NCBI GenBank assembly: GCA_964585175.1
Contig: CAZPCW010000002.1
Coordinates: 5,535-69,534, forward strand
Origin: an uncultured Thermoplasmata archaeon
GTDB taxonomy: Archaea > Thermoplasmatota > Thermoplasmata > Halarchaeoplasmatales > Halarchaeoplasmataceae
DNA length: 64,000 nt
Reading direction: 5' to 3'
Below are positions 20,132 through 30,343 of this stretch, one piece after another. A program made the translations under genes and the position numbers. The first letter of the stretch is position 1. Each line of letters begins with the position of its first letter. The notes under the pieces were generated by a model. It was not told where the DNA came from, ran no database searches, and saw nothing but the letters and a program-made list of their open reading frames with translations.

Positions 20132-21147
20132 TACTCTATTCCCATGGATTTGTTGGTCCTTTGTATACTTTTCTTAGGATATTCTTCCAATCCGGTCATC
20201 GCACGGATCGCGTCTATATTTTCGGGGACGATATCGCTTTCCTGGTGTATGGCCTGATAATAATACAATGTAGAGTCTTCAACTTTAATAGCATCGTCCC
20301 AAACTGCGATCTCGTTCAGGTCTCCTCTGGAATTGCTCCTATCCCTGGCGAATTCCATGACTTTCGCGGTGGTATCGACGCCCTGAGAGGCTTTGAAGAA
20401 TTTCACACGCGGTGTCTCCTCCCAAATATCGATGACCTCGTCGGTATCGATATCCTCTTCGAGTTCCACAATATTGCTGTGAAGATGCATAATCGTCGTG
20501 GGTACCTTTACAGCTGTAGTATGAATATTTATCTCCGGAACCACGCTCTGTACATCGGGACCGTGATGAGATGGTATATCTAAGACCGGATTTATCGAAT
20601 TGATAGGACCTCTCGATGTATCCCAGGGATCGGCCCCTCTTCTGATCATAACCGCTTTGCAGTCCTCTATACCGATATCACGGTAAAGCGGATATAGCGT
20701 CCTAAGCAGACCAGTAGTATTGCAAGACACAACTCTCAAGTAATCCGCCCCTAAAGCATCCTCGTAATTAGCTAAGGAATTGAATGACAACCCGGTGAGT
20801 TCGTGATCTTCGCCACCTTGCCATATGGCTTTTACCCCGGCTTCCTCATAAACGGATTTATAACCGGACCTTTTCGGTGTGCCGTCTATTATTATCTCGG
20901 CTTCGTCGAGAAGGTCTTCGAGCATACCCTCTATAGGGATATCCTTTTCTTCAAAACCATCCAAGTACTTATCTGAAGATGCATAGAAGGGATAGCCCTT
21001 CTCTACAGCCATCTCGGCTTCGTAAGTGGGACTCCTCTTCGCAACGCCGACCAACTCCATATCGTTCTGCTGATCTACCGCGTCGGCGACTCTCTTCCCG
21101 ACGGTTCCATAACCATTTACTCCTACTTTTACGGTCATTCCATCCAC
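20131..21147 (-). CDS. gap: Glyceraldehyde-3-phosphate dehydrogenase, archaeal type II
   Basis: 338 aa. VGVNGYGTVGKRVADAV at the N-terminus and the SCNTTGL active-site Cys motif are present. Confidence 0.9.
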   Translation of the reverse strand: MDGMTVKVGVNGYGTVGKRVADAVDQQNDMELVGVAKRSPTYEAEMAVEKGYPFYASSDKYLDGFEEKDIPIEGMLEDLLDEAEIIIDGTPKRSGYKSVYEEAGVKAIWQGGEDHELTGLSFNSLANYEDALGADYLRVVSCNTTGLLRTLYPLYRDIGIEDCKAVMIRRGADPWDTSRGPINSINPVLDIPSHHGPDVQSVVPEINIHTTAVKVPTTIMHLHSNIVELEEDIDTDEVIDIWEETPRVKFFKASQGVDTTAKVMEFARDRSNSRGDLNEIAVWDDAIKVEDSTLYYYQAIHQESDIVPENIDAIRAMTGLEEYPKKSIQRTNKSMGIE

Positions 21148-21214
21148 CGTTTAAGGTAAAAGAATAAAATATTAAGTAGATTTCGGTTTTGTTTATCTTA
21201 ATAGGCAAATTTTT

Positions 21215-21550
21215 TTAAAGATGTTCGTTCAACTTGCCCTTGATTTCCTCCTTAGGCAGCGCACCTATCATCTTATCTACTGCTTCACCGTCTTTGAATA
21301 TAGCCATAGTGGGTATGGAAGACACTCCAAATTCAGAAGGTTTCTCGTTATTTTCATCGACATCCATCTTACCGAAAGCTACATCTCCCTGCATCTCTTC
21401 GGCCAGCTCTTCGATTATGGGTTCTAATCTTTTGCATGGACCGCACCATTCGGCCCAAAAGTCGACCAGCGCCACGTCGTGTTCTTCAACGAACTCTCCA
21501 AAACTATCATCCGTTACCTTTACGGGTTCTGAAGGCCATTTTTCACTCAT
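21215..21550 (-). CDS. trx: Thioredoxin
   Basis: 111 aa with the WCGPCK active site. Confidence 0.9.
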   Translation of the reverse strand: MSEKWPSEPVKVTDDSFGEFVEEHDVALVDFWAEWCGPCKRLEPIIEELAEEMQGDVAFGKMDVDENNEKPSEFGVSSIPTMAIFKDGEAVDKMIGALPKEEIKGKLNEHL

Positions 21551-21711
21551 ATTTTCACATCCTAATATCCAATCTAAGATGAGTTACTGAAAGTATAATT
21601 AGTTTGGGGTTTCGGTTCTAGATAATTCTCAGGGATGCATATCAAGAGGTGCGGGTCTTAAAACGGTCCAGAAAAAGAAAGACATATCGGCATATATGGA
21701 TAAAAAAACTA

Positions 21712-22752
21712 TTACTCTATCTTATATCTCAAAATCGCTCCTACTCCGCCTAAGGCTTCCAATTTCTCTCCGCCCTCGTGAGTGCTGCTTATCACTATAA
21801 CTTCGCCTCCGAGTTCCTCCGTTTTCTGCATCAATTTCTCACCTTCTTCTTCTCTAACCTTCGTATCTAGAATCAGGAGAGTATCGACGGCCCCGATTTT
21901 AACGGCTTTTTCTACATTTTTAGGTCCGTAGGAATAGGCGCCTTCGCTCTTGATCTCTCTCAGCAGTTCTTCTACCTTTTCAGTCTCATAAGACATCCTC
22001 TGTCCATCTAGCGTCTCTCTTTCACGCCCCTTCTTCAGAACTTCGTGAACTCCTGTCAGGCCTCCTTCACCCGCCGGAACGACCTCTGCGTGCTCTACCA
22101 GGTCGGAATGGTGACGTTTGCAGTATTCGAAAAAATCTTCTTTCGTGAATCCGGGACCCAACATGACTAGAGGTTCACCTGGATCTATTATAGTTTCTAA
22201 TTTCTCAACTATCATCTCGAAAAAGTCCTCTCTAGTCATCTCTTCAGAATCGTACATCTTCCCTCCCCGGTTCGGTTTTAGCGTGGCCATCTCTTTAACG
22301 CCGTACTGCCTCATTATCGCTATGGTAGCTTCGTCTTCTTCCAGCGCTACAAAGGTTATAAGGGGTTCCTCGCTTCGTTCGACAGCTTCCTGCAGCCTAT
22401 CGAGTTCGTGGTCCTTCCATTCCTTTATGATCGTTAATTCGTCACCGTCTGTAAGATTCAACGTGTGATAGGAACCGTGGTCCTGTGGCCCCTCGATTAT
22501 TACTCCCAAAACTCTCAATCTGTCGGTAAATTCGTGAAATTCTATCTTCTCTACCTCGATGTCCAACCTCATCTTCTTCTTCTCGCCTCTCTCCGAACGT
22601 ATCTTGTCCCGTTTTGTTTCCTCCCTCCTGAAAGTGATAGCCGAGACCACGTCGCCCGGATTCAGAACATTTTTAAGATGCCAAAGATCATCCAAATTAT
22701 CGATGCGGATCTTTATTTTCCCTTCTCTTTTATCCTGATGAATTATTTTCAT
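21712..22752 (-). CDS. pelA: Pelota/Dom34 mRNA surveillance protein
   Basis: 346 aa. The three-domain eRF1-like pattern is present, with an N-terminal K(I)xIxxDNLDDLWHL typical of Pelota. Confidence 0.8.
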   Translation of the reverse strand: MKIIHQDKREGKIKIRIDNLDDLWHLKNVLNPGDVVSAITFRREETKRDKIRSERGEKKKMRLDIEVEKIEFHEFTDRLRVLGVIIEGPQDHGSYHTLNLTDGDELTIIKEWKDHELDRLQEAVERSEEPLITFVALEEDEATIAIMRQYGVKEMATLKPNRGGKMYDSEEMTREDFFEMIVEKLETIIDPGEPLVMLGPGFTKEDFFEYCKRHHSDLVEHAEVVPAGEGGLTGVHEVLKKGRERETLDGQRMSYETEKVEELLREIKSEGAYSYGPKNVEKAVKIGAVDTLLILDTKVREEEGEKLMQKTEELGGEVIVISSTHEGGEKLEALGGVGAILRYKIE

Positions 22753-22877
22753 CGCTTACAGTTAGAAACGTTACCTTAATAAGACCTGTCCCTGAAAGAG
22801 GCATTTTGTTCAAAACTCGAACTCAATCGAGATAGATACCCTAAAAAAATATTAAAGGAGGACCTCATCCACCTCCG

Positions 22878-23363
22878 ATGAATCGGATAGAATATTTTGC
22901 CTACGGTAGCAATCTGAATACTGATCAGTTGAAAGAGAGAGGCGTCTCGATAAAAAGTTCACAGAAAGTAAAACTGCCGGAGTGGAATCTCGCTTTCACG
23001 ATTTATTCCGATTCCTGGGGTGGTGGAGTAGGAGATATCCTGCCGAGTAAAGATGAGATAGTCGAAGGAGTGGTGTACCGGATAGACAGAGAATCCGTTA
23101 GGCAGCTGGATCATTACGAAGGAAGAAATCTGAAGGATGATATGGAAGTGGGGATGTACAGGAAACAGTATATACCGGTCAAGATGGAAGATGGATGGAG
23201 AACCGTTCTGACCTACGTGGTAAATCGTTCTATCGAGCATAAGTTGAAAGTCAATCTTAAACCTTCAGAGGAATACATGGACACTATAATCTCCGGAGCG
23301 AGAGAACACGAACTCAGCGACCATTATATCGAAAAGCTGAAGAATATCGAATGTAAAGAGTGA
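22878..23363 (+). CDS. Gamma-glutamyl cyclotransferase / AIG2-like family protein
   Basis: 161 aa. N-terminal YFAYGSNL and the downstream YRID/EG pattern fit GGCT. Confidence 0.7.
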   Translation: MNRIEYFAYGSNLNTDQLKERGVSIKSSQKVKLPEWNLAFTIYSDSWGGGVGDILPSKDEIVEGVVYRIDRESVRQLDHYEGRNLKDDMEVGMYRKQYIPVKMEDGWRTVLTYVVNRSIEHKLKVNLKPSEEYMDTIISGAREHELSDHYIEKLKNIECKE

Positions 23364-23419
23364 TCTGATTTTTCTTTCATAAACCAAAAATTCTAATTTT
23401 ACGAGTGCGATAAATCCAT

Positions 23420-24280
23420 ATGAGCATTCTCTGCGTGGATATTGGTGCAACTAAAGTTTTAGTGGGTATTCTAGACGGAGATTTCAAGAGCAAAAAGCGG
23501 TACGATTCCAGATACTTTTTGGATAATCTAGAAAGTGAATCGGATCTATTGAAAAATGAAAACGATATCGATAGAGTCCTCATAGCCACCGCCGGTCCTT
23601 TGGACAGAGAAAAGGGCTTGATCTATCCTCCGAACCTTCCGGATGAAAAAATCCAGATATTGAAACCGTTTGAAAACAACTTCGGCGATGTCACGATAAT
23701 GAACGACTGTCACGCCGGAGTCGTCGGAGAATACGAGTATGGAAACGTCTCCACGAAAAATCTTCTATATATCACTTTAAGCACTGGTATAGGAGCCGGA
23801 GCCGTAATAGACGGCTCATTGATGAAAGGAGAAACTTACAATTTCGCCGAGGTGGGCCACATCAAACTAGATGATGTAGGTAGATGCGGATGCGGCGGAA
23901 CCGGCCACTGGGAAGCTCTCTGTGGAGGCAAAAATCTCCCTAAGATGGTGAAAGAGATAGTAGATAAAGACATCGATAGTGCGGAGGAACTTTTCAAGAG
24001 ATACAGAGATGGCGATCAAGAACTACAACCTGTCATAGACAAGATCTTAGAATACAACGTCACAGCTCTGATCGATCTTATACACGTCTACGATCCGGGA
24101 CATATCTCGATAGGCGGCTCTATAGGATTAAATCAGTTCGATCTTATCGTCGAGAGAGGTATAGAAAAAATAAAGAAAAGGACTCTCTACCAGACCCCTA
24201 CGATCGAAAAAAGTGATTTGGGTAACGAAGTAGTCCTTCAAGGATTAAAAGCTGTATGGAAGGAAAACTATGATCTGTAG
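23420..24280 (+). CDS. ROK-family sugar kinase (glucokinase-like)
   Basis: 286 aa. N-terminal ILCVDIGATK(V) and the ROK zinc motif GHIKLDDVGRCGCGGTGHWEALCGG are present. Confidence 0.8.
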   Translation: MSILCVDIGATKVLVGILDGDFKSKKRYDSRYFLDNLESESDLLKNENDIDRVLIATAGPLDREKGLIYPPNLPDEKIQILKPFENNFGDVTIMNDCHAGVVGEYEYGNVSTKNLLYITLSTGIGAGAVIDGSLMKGETYNFAEVGHIKLDDVGRCGCGGTGHWEALCGGKNLPKMVKEIVDKDIDSAEELFKRYRDGDQELQPVIDKILEYNVTALIDLIHVYDPGHISIGGSIGLNQFDLIVERGIEKIKKRTLYQTPTIEKSDLGNEVVLQGLKAVWKENYDL

Positions 24281-24341
24281 ATTTTTTAGTCAAAAATGAG
24301 TATAAAAATTCCTTAAATCAACAAATAGTCATCTAATCAAA

Positions 24342-24575
24342 TCAGTCTTTCAATACACTATTTAATTGACTCACTCTCTCAAAACATTCCTCTATTTCAT
24401 CGTCTTCAACGTATTTTTTGGCCTTGTTAACACAATTCAAAAATAATTCCTCTTTATTCTCCGCTTTTTGGACGCATGATTGGGCCGTAACCGTTTCTTT
24501 ATCCAACATTGAGGAAAACCTACAGTAATATGCATACACGTGCAGACGTACATAAAGTTTTTGTTTAAATTTCAA
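24342..24575 (-). CDS. Hypothetical small protein
   Basis: 77 aa ORF that is Cys-containing. No motif was recognised. Confidence 0.25.
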   Translation of the reverse strand: MKFKQKLYVRLHVYAYYCRFSSMLDKETVTAQSCVQKAENKEELFLNCVNKAKKYVEDDEIEECFERVSQLNSVLKD

Positions 24576-24623
24576 ACAAATTTTTTGAGTACATATTATA
24601 TCACATTCAAAGTTGATCCAGTA

Positions 24624-24920
24624 TCAAAATCTGGTTAAGATCACTTCCTCTCTCTTTCGAAGATGACCCCCCCCATCGTATTCGATTTTGAAAACTCTAT
24701 GGTAAGGGATATGACCTTCACTGAACTTTATGAAAGACCGATTCAATTCTTCGACTTCCTTCCCGTCCATGATCCTAAAATCTCCGGGTGCGCCGCGATG
24801 GACATAATATATATCCGCTTTCTCCAGCGATCTTTTATATCTCCATTTCAGCTCGTTGAGTATATCTCTAGGGGTCTCCATGTTACAACATATGAAAGTT
24901 AAGGATAAAAGATTATCCAA
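24624..24920 (-). CDS. Small conserved archaeal protein (possibly UPF0248/DUF504-like)
   Basis: 98 aa. The probable true start is the internal METPRDIL. YYVHRG...HIPYHRVFKIEY recalls the small DUF504 family, but this is a weak memory-based call. Confidence 0.35.
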   Translation of the reverse strand: MDNLLSLTFICCNMETPRDILNELKWRYKRSLEKADIYYVHRGAPGDFRIMDGKEVEELNRSFIKFSEGHIPYHRVFKIEYDGGGHLRKREEVILTRF

Positions 24921-24983
24921 AATCGACCTGAGATATAGAGAAAATAACCCAAAAAAGTAAAAATATGAAGAAGATATCGAGCC

Positions 24984-25754
24984 ATGGCAGAAAAAATAAA
25001 ATGGGGAGAGATGAACCGATGGGAACTTGACCAGAGATCAGAAATGGTCGATACGGCGATCCTCCCGGTAGGAAGTCTCGAACAGCACGGACCGCATCTT
25101 CCACTTGATACGGACTCTTACGATGCGGGATATCTGGTAGAAAAAGCGGTGGAAGAACTCGACTCTGCAAAACCACCCATCCTGCCGACGATTCCTTACG
25201 GAGTGAGCGATCACCACATGTCCTTTCCGGGGACAGTCACGCTAAGCTCGGATACCGTTGAAGATATGGTGGTCGAGATAGGTAGATCCGTACTTCAGCA
25301 CGGTTTTTTCAAACTTTACATCTATAACGGCCACGGCGGTAACGACTCGGCGCTGAAAACAGCGGCGAGAAAATTGAAGAAAGAAACTGGCATGGCGGTT
25401 TTCGTCGATTCTTTCGAGAGTGTGTATCTAGAAAAAGAAAAAATCGTAGAAAGCGCTAACGACGTACATGCCGGAGAATTCGAGACGTCACTTGTACTCG
25501 CCAATAGAGAGGAAAAAGTGGACGAAAGGACGATACCCAAAAAAGAATATGATTTCCCCGACGAAAAGATGGAATTCGATCACGAACCTGAATTTTTCTA
25601 TTCCTGGCACACTCACGATCTAACTGAAACCGGTGTTATAGGTGATGCGTCGAAAGCTAGTAAAGAAAAGGGAGAAAAATTATGGGATGCTTCGATACAA
25701 AAAGTGAAGAATAGATTGGAGACCGTGATGGAAGTATCTCATCAATTCAAATAA
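24984..25754 (+). CDS. Creatininase-family amidohydrolase (ArfB/MptB-like)
   Basis: 256 aa. LPVGSLEQHGPHLPLDTD is the hallmark creatininase-fold metal-binding motif. Confidence 0.75.
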   Translation: MAEKIKWGEMNRWELDQRSEMVDTAILPVGSLEQHGPHLPLDTDSYDAGYLVEKAVEELDSAKPPILPTIPYGVSDHHMSFPGTVTLSSDTVEDMVVEIGRSVLQHGFFKLYIYNGHGGNDSALKTAARKLKKETGMAVFVDSFESVYLEKEKIVESANDVHAGEFETSLVLANREEKVDERTIPKKEYDFPDEKMEFDHEPEFFYSWHTHDLTETGVIGDASKASKEKGEKLWDASIQKVKNRLETVMEVSHQFK

Positions 25755-25773
25755 AAAGGATGTAGGTCTACTC

Positions 25774-26316
25774 ATGTTAGATCCCGTTGTAGCGATAATT
25801 GCCTTCATCCCGGCCATGATCGCAAATTCTTTAGCCGTTGTATTCGGTGGAGGACCACCTATAGATCAAGGTGAAAGTTGGAAAGGTAAGAGAATATTAG
25901 GCGACGGGAAAACGTGGCGAGGCCTTTTCGGAGGGGGTGTATCCGCCGGGATCGTGGGAATCATTCTTTACTTCGTTTTGGAACCTTTCCTTTCGCTGTA
26001 TCCTTCTTCTCTAAAAGCTGTTGTAATAGTTTTCTCACTATCTTTCGGAGCGCTCTTTGGAGATATAGCGGCCAGCTTTATCAAAAGAAGAAAAAACATC
26101 TCTCGAGGGGGCAGATCGCCTCTCATGGATAAATACGATTTTATAATCGGGGCTTTTCTATTAGCTGGGATAGTGAATCCCAGATGGTTTTACAGAGTCT
26201 TTTTTGAAGGGAGCGGTTGGCTCGGTACGTTAATTATAATAGTCGGTGTACCTTTCTTACACCGCGCGGTTAACATAATCGGATATAAATTAGATATGAA
26301 AGATGAACCATGGTGA
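25774..26316 (+). CDS. carS: CDP-archaeol synthase (DUF46)
   Basis: 180 aa polytopic membrane protein. AMIANSLAVVFGGG...DGKTWRG is typical of archaeal CarS. Confidence 0.75.
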   Translation: MLDPVVAIIAFIPAMIANSLAVVFGGGPPIDQGESWKGKRILGDGKTWRGLFGGGVSAGIVGIILYFVLEPFLSLYPSSLKAVVIVFSLSFGALFGDIAASFIKRRKNISRGGRSPLMDKYDFIIGAFLLAGIVNPRWFYRVFFEGSGWLGTLIIIVGVPFLHRAVNIIGYKLDMKDEPW

Positions 26317-26828
26317 ATAAGATGTTGAAGGAAATGTTAGAAGATTGTGGAGCGATCAAGTACGGTGAATTTACCCTCACCTCCGGGAAGAAAAGTAATT
26401 ATTACGTGGACATAAAACTTGCCAGTACTCGGCCTAAAATACTTGAGAAGATCGCCTCAGAGATGGCAGAAAAAGTCGAGGGGGACAAGATAGCGGGTAT
26501 GGAGCTCGGGGCTGTTCCGCTTGCCTCCGCTCTCTCGTTAGAAACTGGATTGCCTTTCTTGATGGTCAGGAAGAAAAGCAAAGGTCACGGTACCGGAGAA
26601 AGGATAGAAGGAACCCTAGAAGAAGGGGATACAGTGACGGTGGTCGAGGATGTTACCACAACCGGAGGCTCTGCAGTCGAAACGGTGAAAGTGCTGAGAG
26701 AAGCCGGAGCCGAAGTCGACAAAGTTCTAGTCGTGGTGGACAGAAAAGAGGGTTCGGAAGAGAAACTTAACGAGGTCGATGTGGATCTGATCCCACTGGT
26801 GACCGCAGACGAATTGGTTCAAAAGTGA
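26310..26828 (+). CDS. pyrE: Orotate phosphoribosyltransferase
   Basis: 172 aa. KYGEFTLTSGKKSNYYVD and the PRPP-binding VVEDVTTTGGS motif are present. Confidence 0.88.
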   Translation: MVNKMLKEMLEDCGAIKYGEFTLTSGKKSNYYVDIKLASTRPKILEKIASEMAEKVEGDKIAGMELGAVPLASALSLETGLPFLMVRKKSKGHGTGERIEGTLEEGDTVTVVEDVTTTGGSAVETVKVLREAGAEVDKVLVVVDRKEGSEEKLNEVDVDLIPLVTADELVQK

Positions 26829-27587
26829 TCACGGAAATTCTTTTTTTCTGAAAAGGAAAGCTCCAGCGGTTAAAAGGACAGCTGTAACTAAGACTAAGAC
26901 TTCAAACGATAAGACAAGCTCGGAGGCATCATAATAAGCAGCAGCGGGGCCGTAAGAGACCCATTCTTTTTCTATACTTCTCAAGTAGTGCCTTATCGAC
27001 AACAGCTTGATATTGCCGGGTAAAGTCCCGATAAAACCTTCCCAGACGAAGATATAAAAAAGACCGAAGTAGATAGCTCTTCTGATAAGAACACTAACGA
27101 AGAAGAAAAGAGAAGAGTAAACAAAACATCCTATCGTGGTTAGGATACCTATGTTTAAATAGATGTGTAAAGCATCGGAATCTATGCTCGTTAGTCCAAA
27201 ATACGTGAAAGATCCAGAGGTGACTATGAGCCACATGGAAAATATCGATACTAGAACTGTAGAAATATAGAACGCAAGAAAAATCTTTACTCTACTGAGT
27301 GGGGAGGCCAAAACTTGAGTTATGCTCTTGTCGTCTATCTCATCTCTAAGTACAGAAGACCCAAATATCATCGTGACAATCGGTAGGAAAAATGAGATCA
27401 CAAGTATATCTAAGATCGTACTCCCCAGTTCCAACCTATCTATATCCTGAGTTGTAGAGTAACCCATCACTGCCGAAACGAATATCATCAGGCAGATAAC
27501 CAGCAAGAACTTTCGATTAAAAACGGTTTTTTGGATCAAGTTTTTGACCAGTACGAATAGAGCTGAAAGGCTTTCCTGTCTTCTCAT
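26829..27587 (-). CDS. ABC-2 type transporter permease
   Basis: 252 aa with 6 predicted TM helices. It is operonic and overlapping with the upstream ATPase. Confidence 0.7.
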   Translation of the reverse strand: MRRQESLSALFVLVKNLIQKTVFNRKFLLVICLMIFVSAVMGYSTTQDIDRLELGSTILDILVISFFLPIVTMIFGSSVLRDEIDDKSITQVLASPLSRVKIFLAFYISTVLVSIFSMWLIVTSGSFTYFGLTSIDSDALHIYLNIGILTTIGCFVYSSLFFFVSVLIRRAIYFGLFYIFVWEGFIGTLPGNIKLLSIRHYLRSIEKEWVSYGPAAAYYDASELVLSFEVLVLVTAVLLTAGAFLFRKKEFP

Positions 27588-28522
27588 CTTTCATCACCTA
27601 CCAGATAGTCGAAAACGGCCTGTAGGTCGTCATCTCTACTGTACATCTCAAAAACTTCAATTTCTGATTCATTTATCATCGAAGATACCTCGCTGAAAAA
27701 ATCCCTCGGTTCCTGGGTCTCTATAACCAACCTTCTCCTGTTATCCTCAAAACCGACCGAAACCACGTAATCTCGTTCCAATAATCGCTTTGCCAAACCC
27801 AATTTATTTTCCCCCTCGATCACTACCTGATGCGGGTGTTCGTCCATCAGATCTCTGATCTCCGTGATTTCTCCTGAAGCAAGTACGGTTCCCTTATAGA
27901 TCAACACTATTTTATCAGTCATCCTTTCGATTTCGCTGAGCACGTGAGAGCTGACCAATACATTGTGACCTCTTTTCTCAGCTAGGTCCCCGATCACCCC
28001 TATCAGATCCTTGCGGGTCTTTGGGTCAGCTCCACTCAGAGGTTCATCTAGAAACAAGAGATCTGGATCGTGTATCAGTGCCCCAGCCAATTTGAGCCGC
28101 TGTCTCATGCCTTTACTGTATTCTTTTATTTCTCTTTCCACAAAATCTTCAGCGTTCACTCGACGAACTGTTCTTTTGATTTTCTTTTTCAGCTCTTTTC
28201 CTTTGATGCCGTGTAGTTTTCCAACATACCTTAAAAAGTGGATACCGTCGGAATAATCTGACAAACTGTCGTAATCGGGACAAAAACCGATCTTTTCCAT
28301 CAGGTGTTTATTTTGCCAGGGATCTTCCCCCATGACAAATATATCCCCTTTGTTCGGTTTTATCATGCCCATGGCGAGCTTGAAAAAGGTGCTTTTCCCC
28401 GCACCGTTAGGACCAACGATGCCAGTGATACCCTCGCTGATCTCCAGGTTCAAATCGTTTAACCCGATGACCTCTCCATACCATTTAGATAGATCTTCGG
28501 CGTTGACAATCGGACCGCTCAT
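27584..28522 (-). CDS. ABC transporter ATP-binding protein
   Basis: 312 aa. Walker A GPNGAGKST, the signature LSGG(A) variant and Walker B LLFLDEP are present. Confidence 0.88.
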   Translation of the reverse strand: MSGPIVNAEDLSKWYGEVIGLNDLNLEISEGITGIVGPNGAGKSTFFKLAMGMIKPNKGDIFVMGEDPWQNKHLMEKIGFCPDYDSLSDYSDGIHFLRYVGKLHGIKGKELKKKIKRTVRRVNAEDFVEREIKEYSKGMRQRLKLAGALIHDPDLLFLDEPLSGADPKTRKDLIGVIGDLAEKRGHNVLVSSHVLSEIERMTDKIVLIYKGTVLASGEITEIRDLMDEHPHQVVIEGENKLGLAKRLLERDYVVSVGFEDNRRRLVIETQEPRDFFSEVSSMINESEIEVFEMYSRDDDLQAVFDYLVGDER

Positions 28523-29373
28523 TTTTTCACCCGTTTACGACTTACCCTGTAGAACAGTCCAACCAGTGGAGCGAGAACGAGCAGGATAACGGCACTATAA
28601 AAAAGAGCGGAGTCGATATCCGCGGGAAGGGTGAATCCATAGATCAACTTCAAAGAATAGGAGAGTAGATTAGAAGGAGAAACGAGTTTCCAATTAGAGT
28701 GAAAGTCTGCAAATAACTGACTGATGATGGTTAGTACGAAGAAACTCATGAAGGTTCCCACACCAGAATACGATTTTCTTTTAGTAAGCGAAGAAAGTAA
28801 GAGAGCGTATGGAAGAAATATGAAAGAAGTAAAAAACCCGGCGATCACGGTCGATCCCAAGACCTCTAGACTATCGGCGTATACAGAACCGGTCTGCGTG
28901 GCAATCACCGATAAGCAGTAAATCACCGGGGGTAAGAGACAAAATAGTGTCATAACGCCCAAAGCCGCGCCGAACTTTCCTGTAATATAATCCCTGACTT
29001 TTACCGGTCTAGAGAAATAGAGGACCAAAGAATTATCCTTGATATCCTTAGAGATCAAATCTGAAGAGACTACCGCGGCGAATAAAATAGTAAATATAAA
29101 AAATATCATGCTGTCAAGGTATCCTCCAAGGAGCATACCTTCGCCCTTCACCATCATCTCCGCAGTCAACTTTTCAGTCGGTAACAAAAACGAAGATAAT
29201 ATCGGAAATAGATGAACCACGAAAGAGCCTAAAATGAGTAAAACCCAGATAGATTTAGATTTTAATTTTTTTCTAAACGTTTTTTCCAGTATAATGAAAA
29301 ATCTTTTCCCCTTCAACAGATTTTCCTCTTTAGAAAGATCAGAACTTAAGGAATCAAGTTCCAGATTCATCAC
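28519..29373 (-). CDS. ABC-2 type transporter permease
   Basis: 284 aa polytopic membrane protein. It is operonic with the flanking ATPases. Confidence 0.7.
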   Translation of the reverse strand: MMNLELDSLSSDLSKEENLLKGKRFFIILEKTFRKKLKSKSIWVLLILGSFVVHLFPILSSFLLPTEKLTAEMMVKGEGMLLGGYLDSMIFFIFTILFAAVVSSDLISKDIKDNSLVLYFSRPVKVRDYITGKFGAALGVMTLFCLLPPVIYCLSVIATQTGSVYADSLEVLGSTVIAGFFTSFIFLPYALLLSSLTKRKSYSGVGTFMSFFVLTIISQLFADFHSNWKLVSPSNLLSYSLKLIYGFTLPADIDSALFYSAVILLVLAPLVGLFYRVSRKRVKK

Positions 29374-30343
29374 CCCCAGAAAAAGACTCGAGGAAAAAAT
29401 CTTCCAAAGTCATGAAATCTGGTCTCAGGTATCGAATTTGGATATTACTCTTTTCGGCTATTTTGAATATTTTCTCGGTTTTATCCACATCTCTTACTAC
29501 TGCAGTGAGTTTGTCTTTTTTTCCTCTTGTTTTTACGATGTCAAAATTTTTCTCTAATTCATTTTTGAATCTTTTCAGCTTGTCTTCAGAAGCTCTTGTT
29601 TCTATCTTATATCTTCCGTCCTCTGACCCCATTAGGTCATCGATTGGACCGCTCCTCACCTTTTTACCATCGTTTATTATTACCACGTTCTCCCCCACCT
29701 CTTCGACTTCGTGAAGGATATGAGAAGAGATGAGAACCGTTTTGTTTGAACTAGCGATCTCTTCTATCAGCTCGAGCATTTCATTTTTTCCGTCTGGGTC
29801 CATACCGTTCGTCGGTTCATCAAGGAGAATCAGATCGGGATCGTGGACGATCGCTTGTGCGAGCTTAACTCTCTGTTTCATCCCTGTAGAATAGGAGGAG
29901 ATCTTCCTATACCTTTCCTCGCCGAGACTTACAAAATCCAAAATCTTATGAGCTCTCTGTAGAGAATCATCTTCAGTAAGCCCCGAAAGCCGGCCCATAT
30001 AAGAAACCAGTTCGAATCCTTTCATATCATCAATAAGACATTCGGATTCGGGCATATAACCGATATTCTGATTGGTTTTCACCGATTTCAATTCGATCTC
30101 CTTATCCTCGAATACGATCTTTCCATTCTCTGGTTGGATTTGACCCAGAAGGGTCTTTATAAAGGTGGTTTTACCCGCCCCGTTGGGGCCGAGTAGACCG
30201 GTTATCCCCTCGGGTATTCTCGCAGAAAATGAATCAAGTGCGATAGTAGAGCCGTATCTCACGAGTAGATCCTGAGCGTGGACCTTCGTTTTTTTACTCC
30301 GATTTGAAGAATCTTCGTCATGCATTCTCGATCTTGTGATCAA
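29354..30343 (-). CDS. ABC transporter ATP-binding protein
   Basis: 329 aa. Walker A GPNGAGKTT, the signature YSTGMKQR-like region and Walker B ILLDEP are present. Confidence 0.88.
   Translation of the reverse strand: MITRSRMHDEDSSNRSKKTKVHAQDLLVRYGSTIALDSFSARIPEGITGLLGPNGAGKTTFIKTLLGQIQPENGKIVFEDKEIELKSVKTNQNIGYMPESECLIDDMKGFELVSYMGRLSGLTEDDSLQRAHKILDFVSLGEERYRKISSYSTGMKQRVKLAQAIVHDPDLILLDEPTNGMDPDGKNEMLELIEEIASSNKTVLISSHILHEVEEVGENVVIINDGKKVRSGPIDDLMGSEDGRYKIETRASEDKLKRFKNELEKNFDIVKTRGKKDKLTAVVRDVDKTEKIFKIAEKSNIQIRYLRPDFMTLEDFFLESFSGGDESGT

Noticed and set aside
20969-21208. Arg-rich small ORFs overlapping the gap gene start
   Set aside because: They are alternative frames of the gap CDS with biased R/S composition. 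They are not credible.
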